Notes under the pieces: generated by a model
What the model saw: the letters and a program-made list of their open reading frames with translations, nothing else
Told to the model about the DNA's origin: nothing
Database searches by the model: none
Shown here: one piece after another, positions 9,348 through 16,199 of the stretch
Layout: each line of letters starts with the position of its first letter
Numbering within the stretch: position 1 is the stretch's first letter
Made by a program: the position numbers and the translations under genes
From: Candidatus Micrarchaeota archaeon
Lineage (GTDB): Archaea > Micrarchaeota > Micrarchaeia > Anstonellales > Bilamarchaeaceae
Length of the DNA stretch: 33,400 nt
Direction of reading: 5' to 3'
NCBI GenBank assembly: GCA_038046805.1
Contig: JBBSVO010000002.1
Location: 114,445-147,844 of the forward strand

Positions 9348-9389
9348 AATCCCCGCGGATTCGCATTGTAAATCCTAGAGGATATGCAA
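9348..9389 (+). other. 23S mini-intron 6 (42 nt, relaxed BHB, H91 loop ~2533-2534)
   Basis: Exons rejoin as GUGCAGGA|GCGGCCAAGGG. Central helix gca/tgc plus one G-A mismatch, bulges ga^a and aa^g, inner stem atcc/ggat. Ends are uncertain by 2 nt. Confidence 0.8.
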
Positions 9390-9770
9390 GCGGCCAAGGG
9401 TTGGGTTGTTCATCCATTAAAGTCCCACATGAGCTGGGTTCAGTACGTCGCGAGACAGTACGGTAGTATCTCCTGGAAGTGTAGCCTCTTGAGAGTAAGG
9501 ATCCCTGAGTACGAGAGGAACGGGGATCCGGCGCCTCTAGTAGATCGGTTGTCATATGGCATTGCCGAGCAGCCACGCGCCACGTCGATAAGACCTGAAA
9601 GCATCTAAGGTCGAAGCGACTCTTAAAACTAGGAGGCAAAGTCCGCCCATAGTAGATGGGTTTGATAGGACCGGGGTGTAAGCGGTTAGCGCAAGCGAGC
9701 CGTTCAGCCTGCGGTTACTAAAGGAATATTCCTAATACTTTTTAGTATTGGGGTTTTTGCATATTTGGTC

Positions 9771-9808
9771 AATTACTCCAGTTATATTCTTCCTTTACAG
9801 TCACTTCA
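9771..9808 (+). other. 3' arm of the 23S pre-rRNA processing stem
   Basis: Complementary to 5314-5354. Confidence 0.8.
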
Positions 9809-9916
9809 ACAGTTCGTTAGATCAGAATAAATCTACAATTAATCTTACGATTTTTTCCTACGAATTTTTGTTGTTTTTTCCGCACGCATTTAGCGTGAGC
9901 CAGTACCTTTCCTAAT

Positions 9917-9967
9917 TTCTTCGTCTATCATCGTTCTTCGCTTATCGTCGTTCTTCGCCCATCAGCG
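9917..9967. repeat. Three imperfect tandem 17-bp units
   Basis: ttcttcgtctatcatcg / ttcttcgcttatcgtcg / ttcttcgcccatcagcg, directly upstream of a BRE/TATA. Confidence 0.75.
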
Positions 9968-9977
9968 TTGGCTCTAT

Positions 9978-9992
9978 GGAAAAGTTTATAAA
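9978..9992 (+). promoter_or_regulatory. BRE/TATA promoter for the 10062 ORF
   Basis: ggaaaag followed by tttataaa. Confidence 0.6.
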
Positions 9993-10061
9993 GCGGCCAA
10001 ATTGTATCTGTTCAGGTTATCGTCGCAGTGGAATTACTACACGAAACCCGGGGGAAAAAAC

Positions 10062-10589
10062 ATGTCTGGTCCAAGTGTTGTTAGACAATTGCGTCCGCAA
10101 GTTTCGGAGAATGTCTCCAGAGTAGTTGTTGTTAGCGGGTTTTTTGAAAAAGCGTCTCATCTTCCAGGTGGAAAAATGCCTTACCCATATACATTTGTCG
10201 CATCGTTTACTCCAGAAACCGGGGTGCGGGTGACTAGGCATTTTGGAAATAATAACGGGGTTGCTGTTGGCCAAAAATCTTTTTCTGATCCGAACACCCA
10301 GCGTGAAATGCTTTTAGCACGATTGCATGAAATTGTAATGCCTTTTGGGGATCAGAAGGCAATTGAGGTACATTCAAGAGAAACAGATCCGAAGAAGCAA
10401 CTACTTCGCCCAAGCCAGTTGTCTCATCTTTCACTTGAGGAACTTGAGCATATTCGGTCCGGGCTGTCAGAGCAGGGCAATGTGCCAAGGCAGGTAACCG
10501 AAGCTATTTCCTCTGTGATATCTGAAAAAGACAGTCTTCGTAGTGAGGCCCCTTTGATAGAAGGTTTGAGAGTTGCGGCATCAGGTTAA
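10062..10589 (+). CDS. Hypothetical protein (paralogue of the 10623 ORF)
   Basis: ATG at 10062 after a G-rich SD-like run. Shares motifs with the next ORF. Confidence 0.7.
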   Translation: MSGPSVVRQLRPQVSENVSRVVVVSGFFEKASHLPGGKMPYPYTFVASFTPETGVRVTRHFGNNNGVAVGQKSFSDPNTQREMLLARLHEIVMPFGDQKAIEVHSRETDPKKQLLRPSQLSHLSLEELEHIRSGLSEQGNVPRQVTEAISSVISEKDSLRSEAPLIEGLRVAASG

Positions 10590-10622
10590 ATTAAATTTTG
10601 CTATTAATCGAGGTGATGAACT

Positions 10623-11063
10623 ATGGGTGGAGCGCAAGCACTATGTGGAAAACCAGTAAATATGAGGCAGGTTGGCAATGGAGAAACGTCTCGGATAGTT
10701 GTGACATCCCAGGCAAATCGGGATTCAAGGAGCTGGTTTATCAGCAGCTCAGGAGGCAAAGGACCTTTATATGAGGTCATTGCGAAAAATGGCCGCGAAA
10801 AACCTGACCGCGAAATTGTTATTACCCGTAAATTTGGCCAGGATGTCATTACCCAAACTTCGGAAAGCACAACCCTGTTTCAAAATGGAAAGCCTGGTCT
10901 CACTTCGCACGAGTTTGAGTTCGTGGCAGATGCACTCCAGAACGAATTGAGCAGGGGCGGGGATAGTAATACGTTAGCCAGTACTGTCTCGAATGTCAGG
11001 GGTCTTGCCTGCATTTCCAGGGTTCGCGAATACGGGGATAGGCACACGGGAGTTATTGATTAA
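10623..11063 (+). CDS. Hypothetical protein (paralogue of the 10062 ORF)
   Basis: Strong SD gaggtga at 10610-10616 and a T-rich tract after the stop. Confidence 0.75.
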   Translation: MGGAQALCGKPVNMRQVGNGETSRIVVTSQANRDSRSWFISSSGGKGPLYEVIAKNGREKPDREIVITRKFGQDVITQTSESTTLFQNGKPGLTSHEFEFVADALQNELSRGGDSNTLASTVSNVRGLACISRVREYGDRHTGVID

Positions 11064-11224
11064 TCTCTTTCAATTTTCTTTTTTTATTTTTTCCGCTTTG
11101 TATACTCGTCCAACTATATCAATCCACGAAAGTAATACTGCTTTGCCAGATAATAACTACGTCGTGGATTGATAGGTAGCGATCCGAATTACTTTTTTGG
11201 ATCGCTATAAGTTTTACCGATGTC

Positions 11225-11355
11225 GCGAACGACCGATAAATCGCCGATGCGATTTATGGTCCATTGAAAGTACACTTTCAATTGGACGTTGGACGAGTAT
11301 AGATCGAGACCGGAAAACTTTCTGGTCTCGGGATTTTTTCTTTTCCCGCGTTCGC
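11225..11355. repeat. Structured intergenic element, copy A (branched hairpins)
   Basis: Core 11227-11288 matches the reverse complement of 17826-17889. Closed by gcgaacg/cgttcgc. Confidence 0.8.
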
Positions 11356-11378
11356 AGATTTCCAGAATGATTCGCCCT

Positions 11379-11393
11379 CGAAACATTTATAAA
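11379..11393 (+). promoter_or_regulatory. BRE/TATA promoter upstream of ppsA
   Basis: cgaaac-a-tttataaa, about 150 nt before the ppsA start. Confidence 0.6.
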
Positions 11394-11542
11394 ATATGGG
11401 CGGCTTACATATCCTGAGCCAAAAAAGTTTTTTGGCTCAATCTATTCAGAACCAATGAGGTGATGCCTCTCTATTGCAATATGGACTATCCAGTCGGTTC
11501 TGAATATTCACAAATTCTTTTATTTGAGTCAGGGTGTTTGTT

Positions 11543-14017
11543 ATGAAAAATATAATGTGGTTTGAGGAATTGTCAAAGGCTAATCTGGCGGAAGCGGGTG
11601 GAAAGGGTGCAAACCTTGGGGAAATGACTCGGGCAGGTTTTCCAATCCCTCCTGGTTTCGTAGTAACAAGCGCTGCATATTATAAGCATCTTGACGCCAA
11701 CAATCTCCGCGGAGCGATTTCTGCGATTCTTTCAAATCTTGATGTAGAAGATTCCGATTCCCTTAATGCAGCATCAGAAAAAATCAAGACTCTGATTATA
11801 GAAGGTAAAATTCCAGAAGATGTGAAAAACGACATACTCAATTATTACAAGCGTCTTTGCGAACGTGCAACGCGCGAGGTTTTTGTGGCAGTAAGAAGTT
11901 CCGCAACAGCAGAAGATCTTCCAACCGCGAGTTTTGCAGGACAGCAATCAACTTATCTTAATGTTCGTGGTGCAGACTCCGTAGTTCAGAACGTGAAAAT
12001 GTGCTGGGCATCTCTTTTCGAGTCAAGGGCAATATTTTATCGGGTTCAGAATAATTTCGATCACATGCGCGTTGCACTTGCAGCAGTAGTACAGCAGATG
12101 GTCCAGAGTGAAAAATCTGGAGTTGCATTCACAGTAGATCCGCTTTACCAGGATCCTAATCTTCTTGCAATCGAAGCAGGATATGGTCTTGGTGAATTGG
12201 TTGTTAGTGGTCAGATAACCCCGGATACTTATCGGGTTGACAAGACGACAATGAAACCGATTGATAAACTTATCTCAAAGCAAACCTGGATGCTCATGCG
12301 CGGTTCAACAGGAAACGTACGTGCCGATATTCGCGACGAAATGCAGGAACGCCAAAAACTTTCAGACCAGGAAATGTTTGACCTTGCGAAAATATGCGTG
12401 AAGATAGAAGAGCATTATCAGTTTCCCCAGGATATTGAATGGGCATATGAAAAGGGAAATCTTTACATCACACAATCCCGACCGATTACCACGTTGAAAG
12501 AAAAAGGAAAAGATGGAGATAAAACAGAAGGAAAAGAAATCTCGCAGGAAGTTCAGGAAGAAAAATCATCTGATGATGGTCAAATTATTCCGGCACAATC
12601 TGCGACAGAGACTAATCATTCCGAATCCGTGAAAACATTCGATTCTGCGAAAATCCTTGTTCACGGTCTTGGCGCATCTCCAGGAATAGGTACTGGTCCG
12701 GTTCGCCTGATTTCGAGTCCCAAGGAAATCCGAAAAATGCAAAAAGGAGAAATTTTGGTTACTGATATGACGACTCCTGATTTTGTCCCTGCAATGAAAA
12801 AAGCAGTTGCTATCGTTACAAACACGGGCGGAATGACTTCTCATGCCGCAATAGTAAGCCGTGAGCTCGGTGTTCCATGTATTGTTGGCACTGGAAATGC
12901 AACAAAAGAACTCTCGGAAGGAATTAAGATAACTGTGGACGGCACACACGGAAATGTTTATGAGGGGGTAATTGCTTCCGCAGTAGCAGAAGAGGAAAAA
13001 AGTGGGAACTCCTCCGGAGTCAGAGGTCCCGCGTTCGCAGTGTCGGAAACCCCCGCGATAACCGGAACAAAGATTTACGTTAATCTCGCCGAGGTTGAAC
13101 TGGCTGAAAAAGTAGCAAAGTTACCCGTGGACGGTGTTGGCCTTCTTCGGGCTGAATTTATGGTCGCAGAAATTGGCCAGCATCCAAAGAAAATGCTCGA
13201 TGAAGGAAAAAGAGCGGAATTTGTTGATAAGCTCGCAGAAGGTCTAAGGCGATTTGCAGCTGCGTTCTATCCGCGCCCGGTCGTTTATCGTGCAACTGAT
13301 TTCAAGACAAACGAATATCGTAATCTTGATGGCGGAGAAAAATACGAACCTCAGGAAGCTAATCCAATGATGGGTTACCGCGGTGCTGTAAGATACATGA
13401 TGGAGCCTGAAGTTTTCAAAATGGAGCTCGAGGCAATAAAAAAGGTCCGCGATAAATTTGGACTTAGAAATCTCTGGCTGATGATTCCATTTGTCCGCAG
13501 AGTTGGAGAAATGCGTGCAATAAAGGAAATTATGCGCGAGGTTAATTTGTACCGCACGCGAGATTTCAAGCTATGGATAATGGTCGAAGTTCCGAGTACG
13601 GTGTTTCTTATAGATTATTTCTGCAAGGAAGGAATAGATGGTATTTCAGTTGGAACAAACGATCTTACCCAGCTGATTCTGGGAATTGACCGTGACAATG
13701 CAACACTGGCAAAAGGCTTTGACGAAAGGAACGAGGCAGTCTTAAGGGCGGTCAAGCATGTTGTTGAGACATGCAACAAGTACGGAGTAACTTCCTCGTT
13801 GTGCGGTCAGGCGCCGAGCGTATATCCGGAATTCGCGGAAAAGCTGGTCGAGATGGGCATAACCTCTATGAGTGTTAATCCTGATGCAGTAGAGCGCACC
13901 AGAAAAATAGTTGCGAGTGCTGAACAGAGGGTAATGCTCAAGCGATTAGCAAGGCTCACAAGAGAAGACGAGGCAAAGGAGGAAAAGGATCCGCTTGTGG
14001 GTATTGAGGATGAATAA
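11543..14017 (+). CDS. ppsA: Phosphoenolpyruvate synthase (pyruvate, water dikinase)
   Basis: Motifs GGKGANLGEM, VAVRSSATAEDLPTASFAGQQ, phospho-His GGMTSHAAIVSRELG, GVGLLRAEF and SVGTNDLTQ. Confidence 0.97.
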   Translation: MKNIMWFEELSKANLAEAGGKGANLGEMTRAGFPIPPGFVVTSAAYYKHLDANNLRGAISAILSNLDVEDSDSLNAASEKIKTLIIEGKIPEDVKNDILNYYKRLCERATREVFVAVRSSATAEDLPTASFAGQQSTYLNVRGADSVVQNVKMCWASLFESRAIFYRVQNNFDHMRVALAAVVQQMVQSEKSGVAFTVDPLYQDPNLLAIEAGYGLGELVVSGQITPDTYRVDKTTMKPIDKLISKQTWMLMRGSTGNVRADIRDEMQERQKLSDQEMFDLAKICVKIEEHYQFPQDIEWAYEKGNLYITQSRPITTLKEKGKDGDKTEGKEISQEVQEEKSSDDGQIIPAQSATETNHSESVKTFDSAKILVHGLGASPGIGTGPVRLISSPKEIRKMQKGEILVTDMTTPDFVPAMKKAVAIVTNTGGMTSHAAIVSRELGVPCIVGTGNATKELSEGIKITVDGTHGNVYEGVIASAVAEEEKSGNSSGVRGPAFAVSETPAITGTKIYVNLAEVELAEKVAKLPVDGVGLLRAEFMVAEIGQHPKKMLDEGKRAEFVDKLAEGLRRFAAAFYPRPVVYRATDFKTNEYRNLDGGEKYEPQEANPMMGYRGAVRYMMEPEVFKMELEAIKKVRDKFGLRNLWLMIPFVRRVGEMRAIKEIMREVNLYRTRDFKLWIMVEVPSTVFLIDYFCKEGIDGISVGTNDLTQLILGIDRDNATLAKGFDERNEAVLRAVKHVVETCNKYGVTSSLCGQAPSVYPEFAEKLVEMGITSMSVNPDAVERTRKIVASAEQRVMLKRLARLTREDEAKEEKDPLVGIEDE

Positions 14018-14031
14018 TTGGTGGAATAATA

Positions 14032-14151
14032 TATGAAAATTCTTCTGCAATTTCCCGATCCGCTTGAACTTCGCTTCGCTCGTTCAAGTCTCAGGAAATT
14101 GTATCAGGCAATCGAGAGGTAAATTATGAAAATTCTTCTGCAATTTCCCGA
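14032..14151 (+). repeat. 27-bp direct duplication of the dph2 start (14032-14058 and 14125-14151) flanking a hairpin insert
   Basis: tatgaaaattcttctgcaatttcccga occurs twice, 93 bp apart. Confidence 0.92.
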
Positions 14152-15046
14152 AGGGCTGAAAAAAGAAGCCATGAAATACGCTGAAAAATACGAGAAAGAG
14201 GGCCACGAGGTTTTCATCGCGTCTGCCCCGTGTTTTGGCGCGTGCGATCTTGCGATCGAAGAAGCAAAAGCAGTTGGTGCAAAGAAAATCGTTCATTTCG
14301 GGCATTCTATTTTTGTGCGGAAAAAACTTCCCATCGACGTGGAATATGTTGAATGCGAATCTGATTTTGATATCGAAGTTTTGAAGCGGAGCCTTATCGC
14401 GCTTTCAGGATTCAAAAACCTCGCAATTGCCACGACAATTCAGTATTCTCACAAGATTCCTGGAATAAAAAAATTCTTTGAGCAAAACGGAAAGCGCGTT
14501 TTTATTGGGAAAGGGTCACTTGCATTTTACCCAGGCCAGGTTCTTGGCTGTGATGCCACCGCGGTTACGCAGTTCAAAAAGGATGTTGATGCAGTCGTTT
14601 TCATTGGCGACGGCCTTTTTCATCCTCTTGCGATGGATGTTGAAAAGCCGGCATTCGTAATTTACCCACGAAATGGTGATACGAAGCAAATCAACAAGGA
14701 GATTGATACTCTTAGAAAAAAGCGCAAGGGAGCTTTGCTTGTTGCAACAGAGAGTAATTCTTTTGGCATTCTTGTAAGCACTAAAGTCGGCCAGTCTCAC
14801 CTGAAAATAGCCAGGTGGGCGAAAAAACAGATTCAAAAACGCGGTAAATCCGCGACGATTCTCGTTGCCAATGAGTTCGAGCCGTTCTCTTTAAATAATT
14901 TTATGTCGTTTGATTGTTATGTGAACACGGCATGCCCGCGCATGTCTGATGATCTGGAAAAATTCGGGAAGCCTATGCTTGGCATGGATCTTTTCGGGGA
15001 ACTTTTGAAAATTCTGGATGAGCTGAACCGCAAAACAGGCAAATAA
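14126..15046 (+). CDS. dph2: Diphthamide biosynthesis enzyme Dph2 (2-(3-amino-3-carboxypropyl)histidine synthase)
   Basis: Motifs LQFPEGLK, CFGACD, HFGH, GQVLGC and ACPR (three Fe-S Cys). Confidence 0.95.
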   Translation: MKILLQFPEGLKKEAMKYAEKYEKEGHEVFIASAPCFGACDLAIEEAKAVGAKKIVHFGHSIFVRKKLPIDVEYVECESDFDIEVLKRSLIALSGFKNLAIATTIQYSHKIPGIKKFFEQNGKRVFIGKGSLAFYPGQVLGCDATAVTQFKKDVDAVVFIGDGLFHPLAMDVEKPAFVIYPRNGDTKQINKEIDTLRKKRKGALLVATESNSFGILVSTKVGQSHLKIARWAKKQIQKRGKSATILVANEFEPFSLNNFMSFDCYVNTACPRMSDDLEKFGKPMLGMDLFGELLKILDELNRKTGK

Positions 15047-15066
15047 CATTGAACGAGTAAGATATT

Positions 15067-16122
15067 ATGGACTCAATCAACCCAATCACAAAAACAAACA
15101 TATCTCTTCCTTCAGTAAGCCGTGGAAAGGTTCGCGATGTTTACGAGCTTGACAACAACCTTCTTATGGTATCGTCCGACCGTCTCAGCGCATTTGACGT
15201 AGTATTTAACGAGGGGATTCCGCTAAAAGGCCAGGTCCTCAATTCCCTTTCTGTTTTTTGGTTTCTCAAAACGAACGACATTATCAGAAACCATTTCATA
15301 ACCGATGCGATTCCAGCGACTCTTCCAAATTATCTTCAAGGACGGAGCATGATAGTACTGCGCGCAAAGCCGATAAAGCTGGAATGTGTTGTCCGCGGTT
15401 ATCTTACAGGGAGTGGTCTAAAAGAATATGAAAAAACAGGAAAGGTTTGCGGAATTCCACTGCCAAAAGGTCTTAAAAACGGAAGCGAACTTCCACAACC
15501 GATCTTCACACCCACAACAAAGGCCGAGCAGGGTCATGACCTGTCTGTCACAGAGCAACAGGCAAAGGAGCTTGTTGGAGAGCAGACATTCAATTACATA
15601 CGAGAAAAAAGCCTTCAGTTATACGAGTTCGGAAAAAACCATGCAAGAAAATGTGGGTTAGTACTTGCGGATACGAAATTTGAATTCGGATATCACCAGA
15701 ACGGAAAGAATACTGTGCAGGTTGGGCATGAGCAAACCATAGACCGTTCTGGCGAGCATTTTTCGAATTTCGAAAAATCTAATCTTCCGAATGGAAACGG
15801 AACTGGTAGTGCGGGAAATGGCGAAAACGGAAGCAACGGCGGGAGCAGTACAAACCACATAATCATCATCGATGAAATTCTTACTCCTGATTCCAGCAGA
15901 TACTGGCTAAAGGATAAATTTGATGATGGAGTTCTGGAAAGCCTTGACAAACAATTCGTTCGGGATTATCTTGAGCGTCTTGGCTGGAATAAATCCCCTC
16001 CGCCTCCATCACTTCCAAAAGAAGTTATTGAAAACACTACAACGCGTTATCTTCAGGCATATAAGATGCTCACGGGAAGGGATTTGGGCGTGGCAGATAC
16101 GTTATCCTCCTTAGAAGCATAA
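15067..16122 (+). CDS. purC: SAICAR synthetase, with a ~55-aa low-complexity insertion
   Basis: Motifs GKVRDVY, SDRLSAFD, ECVVRGYLTGS, DTKFEFG, DEILTPDSSRYW and LDKQFVRDYL. Confidence 0.96.
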   Translation: MDSINPITKTNISLPSVSRGKVRDVYELDNNLLMVSSDRLSAFDVVFNEGIPLKGQVLNSLSVFWFLKTNDIIRNHFITDAIPATLPNYLQGRSMIVLRAKPIKLECVVRGYLTGSGLKEYEKTGKVCGIPLPKGLKNGSELPQPIFTPTTKAEQGHDLSVTEQQAKELVGEQTFNYIREKSLQLYEFGKNHARKCGLVLADTKFEFGYHQNGKNTVQVGHEQTIDRSGEHFSNFEKSNLPNGNGTGSAGNGENGSNGGSSTNHIIIIDEILTPDSSRYWLKDKFDDGVLESLDKQFVRDYLERLGWNKSPPPPSLPKEVIENTTTRYLQAYKMLTGRDLGVADTLSSLEA

Positions 16123-16199
16123 TATTGGCCCGTTGCCTTGGGCCTTGGGCTTTTGGCCCGCGAGTTAAGGTTTTAATTTGCAACACCCTATTCTCTTCC

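Larger units (their letters stand above)
5358..9769 (+). rRNA. rrl: 23S rRNA (archaeal), unlinked from 16S/5S, with six introns; spliced length ~2925 nt
   Basis: Terminal pairing accagatatgcaaa (5358-5371) with tttgcatatttggt (9756-9769). Conserved motifs include ggcttagaagcagccatc, the reconstructed H69-H71 ggggt|aactctgaccctctta|aggtagcg, and the sarcin-ricin loop agtacgagaggaac (9508-9521). Exact ends are approximate. Confidence 0.97.

Noticed and set aside
5522..9639. Short ORFs in the track overlapping 23S exons (e.g. 5522-5854, 5824-6102, 9268-9639)
   Set aside because: They are chance frames within rRNA sequence.
9917..9967. Possible CRISPR array
   Set aside because: Units are 17 bp, contiguous, without spacers, and no cas genes are present.
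11463..11546. 27-codon uORF whose TGA overlaps the ppsA ATG
   Set aside because: The gaggtg motif directly abuts the ATG, so the spacing is unusable as an SD. There is no other support.
15694..15855. Intein in PurC
   Set aside because: Too short, low-complexity, and lacking C/S-start and HN-C/S/T splice motifs.
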